Shown in pieces: positions 47,477 to 61,200 of a DNA stretch of 64,000 nucleotides. The stretch comes from Monocercomonoides exilis PA203 (taxonomy: Eukaryota; Protista; Preaxostyla): the NCBI GenBank assembly GCA_001643675.2, contig LSRY02000005.1, positions 1,178,001-1,242,000 of the forward strand, read 5' to 3'. The notes beneath the pieces were generated by a model. That model searched no databases. It worked only from the letters and a program-made list of their open reading frames with translations, and was not told where the DNA came from. The position numbers and the translations under genes were made by a program. Every line of letters starts with the position of its first letter. The first letter of the stretch is position 1.

Positions 47477-50400
47477 TCAAGCTGAATGAAGATTCTTTTG
47501 AGAAGGTGGGAAATGCATGAACTTCCAGCCTTTGTTGATTTTCTTTGCCAGCTTGTCTCTGTGTGTGGGGAAGAATTCTCGTCTGATGCTAAAATAGAAA
47601 TAGAAAAAGGAAACGGAAAAGAAAAGAAAAGATTTTGAAAAGAAGAAGAATATAAAAAAAGCAGCAATACAAGAAATAGATAAAAAAGAGGAGGAGGAGG
47701 AAGAAGAAAAAGAGAATTTATTAAAGAGTGTGAATAATAAAAGATGAATGAAGTCCAAAATTCCAAAGATAAGCAAACAATGATCCCAGAAGGAGCGGCA
47801 CAAACGTGACTGTGCAGATGGCGATCATCGACAGCCAGTACGTGCCAGAGGCAAACGAGTGGAAGAAAGAGAAGTAATAATCGGGCGCCAGCCAGCGCCA
47901 GACGTTGATGATGATCATTGCCAAGTAGTACAGCAGATACGAGCAGTAGTTCACGATGTGAGTCAGAACATGCCAGAAATGTGTTGTCCATCCTTCCACA
48001 AGCGCAACCGTGGTTAAGCAGGCCGTCGCCAGGTATGTGTCAAACACAGGGAGCCCGCTGGCCTTCGCACCGTATGTGATGTCGCCTTCTTGGAAGAAGA
48101 GGTAGGTGAGGAAGAAGATGACTAAGGAGTGCAAGGAGGGAGGGTGGAGAAAGGAAGAAATGAAGAAAGATACAATAAAAAGGTGAAAATGAGAAATAAA
48201 ACAATAATGAAAAGAGAATATTGATTTGAAAATTAGTAAAAAAAAATGAAAGATATTGCGAAGTTAAAAAAGAAGCAATGTCCAAATGAAAATTTCTTTT
48301 ACCAATTAAATAAAATATACATAGAAAACCGTTTTCAACCTAATAAAAATGAACTCTCTCAACACATCTTCTTCTCTTTCTTTCTTCTCCTTCCCTCATT
48401 CCAACATACTGCACCCATGAGCAATCCCCATAAAACCCCAAAACAGCAGGCGGGGCAGCGATAGCTCCTTCACGCGCCTCTCCTCCGCATACATCTTCGT
48501 GTCCTTCTCTAACACCCAGTCAGGCAAATCTTTGTCAAGAATCGCCACAAACAGGATTGGCAGAGAGGTGAAGACGAGGTTGTAGAAAGTGCCGAACCAG
48601 TCGTTGTAGCAGATCTGAAGAGAGAAACCGCAGAAGATCTGGAAGAGGAAGAGGATGGTGGTGAAGACGATGTTTTTGTAGAGGGAGTATTTGATGATGG
48701 TGGAGAGACGGTAGGCGCAGTGGTGTCCATGCACCGTCATCAGGCGGCGGAGAAACCTGGTGGAAGAGAGAGAGAGAGAGAATGAGAGAAAGAGAGAAAG
48801 AAATTGTTAGGTTGAATGCAATGGATGAGATAAATAAAGACAAATAATTGTGGAATTGAATAAAAAAATAATATGCATTTGAGTTTTAGAAAGGAAAGCA
48901 GTTTAAAAAAAATACTTTTTCTTCAGAAAAAAGGAGAATTCCGCAAAAAAACAAAAATATTGCTGTTCTCTTTTAATTCTTTCACTTTCCCATCTTTTTT
49001 ATTCCCCCAAACCTGAATTCTGAGATAGAGTAATCTGCATTCTGTGAAGCGTGCAGCCCTTCCAATCCTCTTATGCCCACACCCACATTGGCCTCCTGAA
49101 TCATAGACACATCATTAGCACCATCACCCACAGCCAAAGTGACTGACTTCTTCTTCGACTTCACCATACGCACAACAAGCGCCTGAATAACAGTAATAAT
49201 TATGATTATAATGAAAATAATGAAAATGAAAAAATAAACTCAATATGAGAATTAGAAAAGATTTCGAAAAAAGAAAAGAATTATAAAAGAAAAGAATACA
49301 AATGAAAACAACAATTCCTTAATAATAATGAATAAAGAACAACATTTTTTTTTTGTTTTTTTGTTTGTTTTATCAAAAATATTTCACATCACAAAACACA
49401 CTTTTTGCATCGGAGCAATTCTGCAGCAGACGACGCCGTGACACACGTCAGCCAGCTGGAAGAAGAGATCAATCAGCTTTTCTGAGCTCAGCACAACATT
49501 CAAACAAAAGCCATCAATTATCAGTGCACATCCTGAATGCTCCTTTTCTGATGCCTCTTTTCTGCTTCTCCTTTTCCCGCCTTCTAGTTCGTCTTCATTA
49601 TCACCTACTTCTTCTTCTTCTCCTAACCTTTCCATTTCAATTGTCTTTTCTTTGTCTCCCTTTCTTCTCTTTCTGTTCATTTCTTTTGCTTTAACTTTTT
49701 CCTTTGCTTTTTGCTTTGCATCACGCCGCCCTGCAAAATGCCGAGCTATCATTTCCTTTAGCATCATCTCCATCGCCTCCATCGTCCTTCTTTCCGACGG
49801 CTTAATCTTCTGCTTCCCATCTTTTTCTCCATCTTTTTCTTGGCTTTTCTTTTCTTTCTCACTCGAATCAGACGCTGCTGGATTGTGTGTTGAAACTTTA
49901 TCTTCCAATATTCCTTTGTTCGCTTCTTCAAATTCTTTCAGTTGTTCTCTTGTCAAAAAGAGTGTTTCGTTATCTCTCTTCAACAGCCTGCATGTGAATG
50001 CAACATTCACTGCTGTGTCAACTTTGTCGCCAGTTAGAATCCAGATGCGAATACCACACTGAAAAAAAGATAAAATAAATTAACAATATTAAAAGGTAAT
50101 TCATAAAAAATGATGGAGTCAAAAAAAGTCCATATTAGAGAAAATAATTCATAAATAAAGTAAAATAGAATAAAATTAAGAGTTTATAAACACAATATCG
50201 CATCATTCAATAAAAACAACCAAAAATCAACACACATCAATAAAGAACTCAATCGTCTCCCCGCACTGGTCCTGCAGCTTGTCCTCCACCCCTGTGCACC
50301 CAATCAGATCATAGTCCTTCTCAATCAGCTTAAACGCCGCCTCGATTTTCTCCTCTCTCCCTTCAATCGCTCGTTCGGCCTCTGTATAAGCTGCCTTCCA

Positions 50401-53400
50401 CTCAGAATACACAGAGTCGCTGAGCAGGCGTGTGCAGAGCACCAATGTGCGGAAGCCCTGGCTGGACAGCAAATCAAGCGAGTCGTGGATGCGGTTCATC
50501 GTCGGATGCAGCTTCGTTAGCTCATCACTATTATTATTGCTATTATTATTATCATTACTGCTATTGCTACTGCTCCTATCATTCCCCTTTTCTCTCCCTT
50601 CTCCTCTCTCACTCAGCTCCCTCCCGCTGTACTCGTCCTGCAGCAGCTGCGTCCCCCTTCTCCTCTTCATCTGCTGCTTAATCCTCTCTCTCGCTGCCTC
50701 CACTGCCTTGTTCTCTCGGCACATCGGCAGCAGCGTCGAGTCTGCTCCCTTTGAGTATACTCTGATGCTTCCATCAGCCATCTGCACCACCACCGCCATC
50801 CTTCTCCGCGCTGACGTGAACGGAAGCTGCCCAAGAATCGTAAAGCGCACCAGCCTGCCTTCATTCGAGATGTCCAGATGCTTCGGCGTGCGGTTTGCAA
50901 ACGCTGCCCCGTGTGACTGCAGAAGCGTCAAAAAGGCTAAGTCATCGGGTGAGGTTGACTGGTACTTGAATTCTGACTCGAGGAGTGAGCCGATCGAGAA
51001 CTGGGTGGAAGGAGCAGAGGTGCCTGTGGCTAAGGAAGACAAAGAAGACAAAGAGGCAGGGGTGGAGAAGCGGGCGAGGCGAGTCAGGTCTTGCGAGACG
51101 AAGAGCTGGGTGGACATGGAAGACATGGGAGTGGAAGAAGAAGAAGAAGAAGAAGAAGATGATGATGATGATGAAAGAGGAGAAGTACTTTGCATGTCTG
51201 AACTGTTGTTCAGTCCATCTGGACTGACATTCTGCAGAAGTGCAGCTGATGATTGTGATGGCGATGGTGAAGGTGAAGGCGATGACTGCTGTTCTGTTGC
51301 ATTTGAGCGATCTGTCTGATTTCTGACAGAAGAATCGAGTGGGATGAAAGGTGTGCTTTCGGAAGAAGACAAAGAGGATGTGGAGGATGTGGAGGAAGAG
51401 GCAGAAATAGAAGAAGAAGAAGAAGAAGAAGAAGAAGAATTCACTTGTTGTTCTGAAGGAACTTTGTCGCTTTGCTCAGTGCTGTTTGAAACAGCAGCGG
51501 TCTGATGCACTTCGGCTGTGGAGGCACTCATTATGAGAGGAGAGGAAGAGAATGTGTTTGAAGGGGATTGAGAAGTGGTGGGTGATGAATAAGAAGAAGA
51601 AGAGGAAGAATAAGAGGAGGAAGAAGAAGAAGGAGATGATGACAAATTAGCTTTTTGGTTGTGCTTATGCATCTTCCTATTCCTTTTATCTCTTGCTTTA
51701 AACTTATTGAACAACTTAGTTGTTATTCCTTCTCCTTCCTCCTTCATCTTCTTTCTTTTCGCCTCTTCCTCTTCTTTCTCTCTCTTTCTGTCTCTCACAT
51801 CAGCCACAGCGTCATGGCAGAGAAGAAGGCAGTTGACAAAGTGCTGTGCATAAAATGACCACAAAGGTGAGTCCACATCAACATTGATGATGGATTTGTT
51901 ATTGCCTTGGGAATCAGTATTGTTGTTGGAGGAAGAGAGGGAGGAGGAAGAGGAAGAAGAGGAAGAGGAAGAAGAAGAGGAAGAGGAAGAAGAAGAGGAA
52001 GAAATAGAAGAAGAAGCAGAAGAAGATGGATTTGTAAGTCCATCATCCAAAGGAGAAGGTGAAGGAGAAGGAGGTGGAGAAGGAGAAGGAGGGGGAGGCG
52101 GAGAAGGAAGTTGTTCAGGCGCTTCAATGTCTGCAGCAGACGTTGGAGAAGGCAACCTTCCCGTGACAAGGGCATACCACGCACTGAACTCTGAAGAAGG
52201 AGAAGGAGAAGGAGAAGAGGAATAAGAAAGAGAAGAAGAAGAAGAAGAGGAGGAGGAGGAGGAGGAAACAGAAGAAGCAGAAGAGAAGGAGACGGAGCCA
52301 GCTGTGGAAGAAGCGATGACAGGCGAGCCAGCAGGTGAGATTGGCGGGGCGATGAGGGGGAGAACTGGAGTGAAGGAAGTAGAAGCAGCTGAGTTGACAC
52401 TGGCTGACTCGTCCAGGGCAAAAGAGGCCGGCGAAAGAGGAGAAGGAGAAGGAGAAGAGGTGATTGTGCTGGTTTTCGAAGGAGAAGTCAGAAAACTCTC
52501 AAGAAAGGCATTCATGTCGAGTGCATCGTCCATCTTCAAGCTGCCAATCTTCATCAGCACAGATGACACGGAATCTGATCGCTCCATTTGATTTTCTTTT
52601 TCTTTGGATTTTTCTTTTTCTTTTCCCTTTCCCTTTCCCTTTTCTCCTTCTTTCTCTCTCTCTTTCTCCCTCTCTTTCTCCTTCTTCTGCATTTTCTCCT
52701 CCTCTGTCACCACTTTCAGCAGGCAGTCGCCCAACCCTGCTGCTGTAAACACCATCTTGTTCTGTGTGAGCGTCCCTGTCTTGTCTGTCAGAATGTGCTC
52801 AACAAGACCCAGCTCTTCATTCAGCAGCGACGTGCGACACACAAGCTTCCCTTCCACTTCTATTTCTTCTTCTCCTTCTTCGCTTGCTCCTCCTCCTCCT
52901 CTTCCTTCTTTTTCTTCTTTCTCTTCTTTCTCTTCTCTTTCTTCTTTTCCTTCTCCTTTTGAATTGAGAATTACAGAAGATGAGCGTTCTTCATTTCCAC
53001 TTTCATTCACAGGAGATGAAACATCTGCCTCGCCCGGCTGTTGCTTCCTCTTCTTCTCCTCCTCCTCATCCTCATCATTATTGTTCTGCTTTATCATCGT
53101 TGTTGTTGTTATTGCTGTCATTGAATTCTTCTTCTTCTTCAACATTTTCCTCTTCTTCAGCCACATGTGCTCGTCCGCCTCCAGAAACATCACCTGAAAC
53201 AGGCGAGAGATTTCGATGGAGACAAACAGGGAGATTGGGATGAGGTATGAATAGAGCACAAATGCCCCAGCAATACGCTGCAGGGCAGATAAAGTGGTGA
53301 AGGAGGCAGCGCCCAGGAAGAGATATGGATGGGATGTGGAGAAGTTTTTCTGGTGGTGGGGGTGGAGTAATTTTGGAGTTGGAGTTGGAGTTGGAGTTGG

Positions 53401-55138
53401 AGTTGGAGTTGGAGTTGGAGTTGTTGAGGATTGAAGATTGAAGATTGTGAGAAGGATGCGATTGATGATGTTAATGATGATGATTATTATGATGATGGTT
53501 GTTGTATGGTTCAAATGTGAAATAGAAGGAGAGAGGAGAAAAAAAGAATAGTTGCATTGAATAAACAGAAACAAGCAGTTTTATAATTAATAATTACAGA
53601 AAGATTGAGCAAACAAAAGAATAAACACAAAAACAAAAGATAATTCAAAAAACATATAAACAAAAAAAAAAAAAAAATATCCACTTTCAACAAACCAAAT
53701 CCTCACTTCTCTGTAAACTAATTTCCATACCTCAATCACAGTCTGCACCACCCCATGAACAACGACAATCACAATGTTCAGCAGAAACAGCACGCCAACG
53801 ATGTAGTTCAGCCTCTTTTCAAGCGTCGACATCTTCCCTGCTTTCTTCTGCGTGTCAACCATATTCTGCATCATCTTCGTGTCTCGTCCTGTGTACACCA
53901 CTACCCCTACAATACACCCCGTCCCTGCTCTTTTCCTCCTCTTCTGCCTCTTCAGCACATTTTCTCCTTTCTTCTCCCCACCCCCCAGCATCGCCTCCAT
54001 CTCCTCCTCTTCGCTCAGCTCGTCCTCGCCGCCAGACCCAACCCCGCCAACACGGCTGCCCCTCAGTACGAATTGTGTGGGGCTAACAGATTGCACCAGA
54101 TCTTCCTTTGTCAAGATGCCCTCTGCCGGCTCCTCGTCCAGCTGCTCAAACTCGACACGCCCTGCAAACTGGTCCAGGTGGCGGTTCGGCTGCTCGCAGA
54201 TGATTGTACCCTGCCAGTGCTTCAGAACGGAGGAAAAATACTTCTCTTCAACAGTCTCATCGTCGATATCTTCATTTTGTTGGCCATCTTCAGAATTGGC
54301 TCGATTTGCATCAACTTGATACGAAATTTCGGTGGAGAGGGTTGACATATTGGTTGTCTTTTCGCTTTCAATCGTGCTAATATCAGAAAATAGATCTGTT
54401 GTAAATTTTACAACAAGCAGAAACAGTGAAAAATTAAAAAAGCAATTAAGAAATGTTTCTTTAATACCTAATCGACGTTTTGTAAATGGAAGAGGCATTT
54501 TGATCTTTAAATTTGTCTCACCATCAAGATTCATTGTATTAATGTATCCTATTCCATCTGAAGATGTTGAGTTTAACATTATAAAATCTGCAGGAACTTC
54601 TTCAGTCCTATAAATATTCAAAAATTATTTTGTGCGTTTTTGAATTTTTCTGAAAAAAAAGCACAAATCAAACCTTTTCACAAATATGAAATCTCCAACA
54701 TGAATGTCTTTCGACTTTATACTCCGAAATCGCCCATCTCTAAATACACGAACCTGCTTTGCATTTGTTTCGTTATCTGTTTTGTGCCTTTTGTAGTCTT
54801 CATAAATATCCTTTAGTGCAGTAACAACAACAATAAAAACAAGTGGCGCAATGGATGATCCTGGAGAAAATATATCCATTCCGGGACTGTTCAAAACAAC
54901 AATAAAAATCTTTAAATTTTAAAAAGTTTAATTCAAAATTGGCACACAGAAGGTTTACAATCATAACAGCCAAAAAATAAATGTTTGAAATATGTCGAAA
55001 TTGTTCAAACAAATTTTTTGGTACAAAATTCCACCATGTGTATTTTGAAGTTCTGATTTCGTTATTTTTAAATAAGTGCTCGTTTTGAGCATTATTTATT
55101 TTAAAATACCGATCTTCATGCTCTTGCTGTTTTTTCAT
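47477..55138 (-). CDS. P4-type ATPase (phospholipid flippase) with long low-complexity insertions, multi-exon
   Basis: [105 protein letters not shown] and YNLVFTSLP. Confidence 0.95.
53373..53420 (+). repeat. (TTGGAG)8 hexanucleotide microsatellite inside a flippase intron
   Basis: 8 perfect copies just upstream (minus strand) of the acceptor ccaccaccag at about 53350. Confidence 0.9.
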
Positions 55139-55233
55139 CTTTAAGATATCGTTAAATAAAGACTTATACAGGTTCTAAAGTAAAAAAACAGCGCTTAATT
55201 ATTGATCTGCAACCTATTTTATAATTTCAATCA

Positions 55234-58200
55234 ATGGAAAAATCAAATTTTCCTGCTTTTTTATCACCAATTCCATTGATAGAAGACAATGTGATAGCAG
55301 AAAAATTATATCCTCATAAGCAAATTGCGCAGATTATGTTTTCTTTTGGTGATAATATCAAATCATGCATCACGACTGTTGCTTTAATGAGCAAATATCT
55401 TCAACTTTTCCTTATATCAATTGTTTGACATTAATTAGTTTCTAACATGCTATGCACTATGCTTTGCTTTCAATTATTTTATTTTGCTTCAGATTGAAAA
55501 GTGCAATCAGATTAATTATGATAGCAATAGTCAATGTCCAATATCTACAGATGTTTGAATTTGTACTTGCATTATTTTTGTTCATTCAACATGATTCTTA
55601 TTTTTAAAGACACTTATGATATTGTTTAGATCGAATCCCATCAAAGTACACAGAATAAGAGAGTTTTTAGCTTGGATGGAATATGAAGCTATGACAGCTA
55701 AGCAACAGTCACTTCCTCAAAAGCAAGATGGCCAGCTCTTACGAGAGATCAAAGTTGAAAATGCTGATTTTGACAAAGTTGATGGACTTGTTGCCATCGA
55801 AAGCGAGGCGACAACGTTTGAATCAAAACAAAAAGCTGTTTCGCTCAGATCTGCAACAATCGGACTCGACCTGGCCACTTCACTAAGAGTTGCGCTGCTG
55901 CCATCAGGAGACACAAATTTAAATGCAAATGAAACGCAAATAACAACTCTATCACCTCATTCTCAAATTTCATTATGTGGCGAAGGTTCATTTTCTCCAT
56001 TTCTGAATACTTTCAGAGGACCTTTCAATCATTTGATGTCGCCTGTCATTGAGTCGATAACCCGATCAATGACACGTGTTGAGTACACTTTTTTCTCTCA
56101 TTCGAGAGAAGCCTCATTCACTCAGCACCGCCGAGCTCAGTTTATGACATGGATTTTTTCAGCCACAAATATGCCAACATCTTTCCGTACAGAAGCTAAG
56201 ACGTCGATGGTTATTCCCACAAATTCTGGTAAAAGAGGGAGCACTGCCTCAGGAAGAGATGTTGTTGTTGATGATGATGATCATGAAGGAAACTGGGACG
56301 AAAGCAGAGAAGATAGCACTGACATGGAAGATGAGCAAGGGGAGAATGATGAAGAAGCAGAGGAAGATGAAGAATGGTACTCGATCGGTATGAACACCAG
56401 CAAGAAAAAGAAGAAGAAAAAGAAAAAAACAGGACAGACAAAGGGCAGCGCTTCTCATTTGACTCAGTCTTCCTCTCTAAATTCTTATTCTTCAGCCAAA
56501 AACAAGCGGAAAAACACAGTTTTGCCTATCACTTATGATGCTGTTGATGTTTTGGGCTATTTAGGATGGGAATTTGTTGGGCTTTTGACTGTTGCCGCGC
56601 TGCAGGTGAAGAAAGAGTGGGAAGAGAAGCATCGAATGGGGTGTCGGCCTGCTAAATTTGGCAATCTGCGCCAAAAACCAGCATCTCTACAGATTTCTAG
56701 TGCAAAAAATTCAGCAAATCCAATCACAAAAAATATTCCTGCTACTTCTCTGTTATCTTTCCAGTCGTGGAAATGCGGAAAGCAGCTGAATTTTGTTGTC
56801 AAATCCAAAAGCGACACAAAAAAGAGCAGACGCAGGCAGAATTCCAAAGCAAGCGACGAAAGCGGGAAGAGGAAAACGAGCAAAGCAGCAAACACATCAA
56901 AACCGAAAAATGATTCCGATAAGATTGAGTATGATGATGATGGTGATGACGATGATGATGCTCCGTCTTCTGAAGAGAAGAGCAGCTCAACTTCGTCTTC
57001 TGAATCGCTCGACTCGCTTTCAACAAAACCAAACGCCAAAAAGAAGACAGCTGGAAAGCTAGGACCGAAGACGAATGCTGACAGGCTGACAACAAAATGG
57101 TACTATCCAATCATCGCCAGCGACAGAAAAGCACAGCGCGACCAGGCGATGGCTGGGTTTCCTGAGTCCGCAAGCTCGCAGCGCAGCTCAACGTCGTATG
57201 TTTCATCGTCTCCGGCAATCACATTCATCATGTCTGATGTGCCGAATAGGCCGATGCCTCAGATGCCTTTGGTTGTATCACCAAGCGTTCCTTATGCAAC
57301 AATCGTCACTTCACCATCATCATCGCCTTCATCTTCAATTACATTACCATCATCATTGCCACAACAACAGTCAACTCCAATATCCTCATCAGCAGCAGCA
57401 TCGATTATTTCTCCATTTCCTTCTCCATCTCCACCTTCTTCTTCAGCTTCAGCTTCAAACTCATATACAAATTCACCTTCACCTTTATCCTCTGCTTCAT
57501 CTTCTGCTTTGACTCCCCCTTCTTCTTCACCCTCTCCTTCAGCTTCCACTTCAAATTCAGCATTGCCATCACATTCACAAAATCCATCCTCACCATCATT
57601 ACCTCATTCCACTTTCTCCTCTTTCTCTTCTATTTCTCCTTCGTCTCCTTCTCCTTCTTCCACTTCTTCTCCTTCTTCTCCTTCCTTGCCACTTGTTTCT
57701 CCCACTTCTCCTTCCATTCCTTTTCAACAATTTTTGCCTAACTCTCAGATGCCATTTCAACAGCAGTCCATTATAAGCACAAATTCCACTCAAAACAATG
57801 CAATGAATGCTTCTCCAACTGTCTTGTCGGCTGCATTCAGCACTTTCCCAAACAAAATGCAGTTTGACACTCAACGTTTCATGACAGCTGCTCAAAATAA
57901 GGGTTCTGCTCTTCCACAAGCTTTTATGGTGAATTCTGCTCAGATTCGTCCTGTTAATAGCACTTCAATGAATTCTTCACTTTGTCCTTCGACAAACATG
58001 ATGATTAGCACTTCGTCTGTATCTTCTAATTCATTGATTTTTCCTTCTTCTTCTTCTTCTTCCACTTCAGCTTCTTCTTCTATCACTGCACCCGCCTCAG
58101 CTATCTTCTCAACCTCCTCTTCCAATTCATCCATTTCTTCTTCTTCTTCTTCTTCTTCTTCTTCTTCTTCTTCTTCTTCTTCTTCTTCTTCTTCTTCTTC

Positions 58201-61200
58201 TTCTTCTTCTTCTTCTTCTTCTTCTTCTTCTTCTTCTTCTCTAAATACTTCTTGTTCTTTACTTCCAACAACTTCAACCCCTCATAACAACATGAGCAAC
58301 AATCGCATATTAATGTCTTCTCCTTCTCCTTCTTCTCCTTCTTTTATTTCTTCCACTTCAATGAATAATTCTTCTTCATCTTCTTTTCATCCTCCCCGTC
58401 TTCCATTGCAAGCATATCCTCTTATTCAAAATATTCCTTCTTCTTCTTCCTCTCCTTCCTCCTCTTCCTCCTCTTCCTCTCCTTCCTCTTCACCTTCTTC
58501 TCCTTCCTCTACTTCACATTCATTAACTTCTTCTTCAATCTCAACTGCATCTTCTTCTTCTGCTGCTGCTGCTTCTTATAACAACAGAAACACCAACAAT
58601 ACAAGCAATTCATGCTCCAACTTCAATGCTAATTCCATTTCTCCTTCCTCTTCATATTCCTCTTCCTCTGTTAATTCATCTACGTCTTCTGCTTCTTCAC
58701 CTTCCTCTGTATTTTCCCCTTCTCCTTCCACTTCAAAATCTTCCATTTCCCCAGCTTATAACAATTCAAAACCTCTTTCTCCTTCTTTAACTTCTTCAAA
58801 CACTTCACGACTAACCAACATTTCAAATCCAACAAACCAAATCATTTCTTCATCTCCTTGTTCTCCTTCTCTTCCATCTAATTTTTCAGGTCATTCTCCT
58901 TCTTCTCCTTCATTTCCATCCAATTCTTCAAATTTATCTAATTCTTCAAATTCTTCTTCTTCACTTCCACCAGCGTCTTCTTCAACAATTCCAGTCAATC
59001 CTACTCTCATCACCATCGTTTCCTCATCTGCTACTAAGTCCACTTTCCCTTTCCCTCGCCAGTCTCAGTTCATAAAACCTTCGCAAACCGCTCTTTCTCC
59101 TCTGAATTCCACTCTTAACCAGCCAAACCAACCAAATCCACCAAATTCTCCAAACCAACCAAGCCAGTCTAACCAGCCTAACAAACCAAACAAACAAAAT
59201 CAGCCAAATCAGCAAAATCAGTCAAAACAGGCTGCTCCTCTGTCAAATGCAACAACGCCTTTATCCATTTCTCAGTCTCATTCGTTGTCTCAGCCCAACT
59301 CTCCTTCTCAAACTAATCCGCCTTTGACTCAAAAGAAGCCACCGAGCCGCAGATACCCCATCTTCTGCCCCATCACCTATGAAGCGGAAACCCCGACTTT
59401 CAAACCGCCTCCAAAGGCCAAATCACTTCAGTCGCTTCGCCTTCCCGTTTACACTTCCAATTCTGTTGCCATCCAATCGCCTGTTGCAAAGCGTGCCACT
59501 CGAACAAGACGTGTTTTTTCAAAAGCTGAACAGTATTCGCCTTTCTTGTCTTCCATGCCCTTTCCGGAGTCCCCAGTTGCTTCTCCTCTTTCGCCCTCAA
59601 TGATGGCTTCTCCTTTATCTCCATCAATGATTTCTTCTCCTTTCTCGCCGTATTTCTCCTCTTTGCCTGCTTCGCCCACTTCGCCTATGTCGCCACTGCT
59701 TTCTCCTTTTCTCTCGACCACTCCTTCTCCTTCGCTTTCTCTTACTCCTCCGCCCATGTCTTCTGCTTCTGGTTCAACTTCTGCTTCTACTTCGCCTTTC
59801 TTGTCACCCACACCCACACCATCGAAGTCATTATCATTGACACCTTCATTGGCATCGTCTTCATTTCAGCAAATTCAGTCTCAATTTCATTCTCAGCTTC
59901 AATTTCATTCACGTCCTACATCTCCATCTCAACCATCCAAACCTTCTTTATCCCCTTCACCTACACAACCTCGATCATCATCACCTTCTTCGTCGCAAGT
60001 TCCATCTCAGTCTCTTTCACCTTCATTTCAGATGCCCTTATCTCCGTCTCTTTCTTTATCACGCTCACACTCATTCACTCAATCACAATCACAAACAAAA
60101 TCACAGCCTCGCTCACCTTCATTGTCTCCGATACCATCTCAAACATCTGCTTCTTCTGCTTCATCTGCTTCATCTTCTTCTCCTTCTTTACCATCATTGC
60201 CAGCAGCATCAACATCACGACCATTATCACCTTCGCAGCCTTCTTCATCATTGCATTCGTTGTCTCCCTCTCTCTCTCCACCTCCATCTCAGCCTCAACA
60301 TCAACCTCAGCCTCAGCCTCAATCTTCATCACAGCTCCAATCACCTCAAATGCTGACTTCAAATCCCTCAATGTTATCAATGCCATCGATGCAATCAGTA
60401 CAATCAATGCAATCTGTTCTATCAGTTCAATCGGTTCAACCAATGCAGTCAATGCAGTCAGTGCAATCAGTGCAATCTGTGCAACCAATGCCACTTTCCA
60501 TTACAAGAGCACCTCCATCATTGTTAGCATCGCCAGCGTCTATGACTCCCTTTCCATCTCTTCAGCACTATCCGCTTCATGTTCCAAGTGTGAGTGCGCA
60601 TCCTTCTTCTTTGTCCGAAGATCTTCATCTTCCTTATATTCGTGTGCCTTCCTCGCGATGCCCGCCGCGCACCATTCCGCTTTCCTCGCTGGCAACAGCT
60701 GTGTTTGCAGCGCCAATAATGCGAAGAATCACATTCCACGTCCAACTGGATTGCCTTTCTCCGTTTTCATTGAATTATTCTTCTTCTGCTGCTGCTGCTC
60801 GATGTGGGTTTTCTCAGAATTCACTGGAAAATGACAGCATTCTCGAAGCCATCATTCTTTCTTCTAAAAACAGATCAGGAGAAAAAAGAATGAAAATGAC
60901 AGGAAGCGAAAAAAGGCCAATGGATCAAGCAACGTTGAAGACAGTGTTCAGCATCTTTTCCACAAACCCAATTAATTCAATGCGATTTATACTTCTCAGC
61001 AAAAATGCCGAGGATTTATTCACAAATACAAAGTCTTCATCTCCTTTCTCATTTCAGAAGACACGGGAAAATGTGCTGAAGAGGAGGTTTAAAATACCAA
61101 AGGAGTTTGTGATGGCGTTCAGTGAATTAGAAAGTGTTAGCTATGAAAAAGAAGACAGTATAAACGAGATAGAACAAGTCAAAGAAGAAAGCATCAGCAG

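Noticed and set aside
53373-53574. PT repeat and poly-Ile N-terminus of ORF 50227-53574 as protein; TTGGAG as telomeric repeat
   Set aside because: The segment lies upstream of the first usable acceptor at about 53350, so it is intronic. The repeat is short, internal and not TTAGGG.
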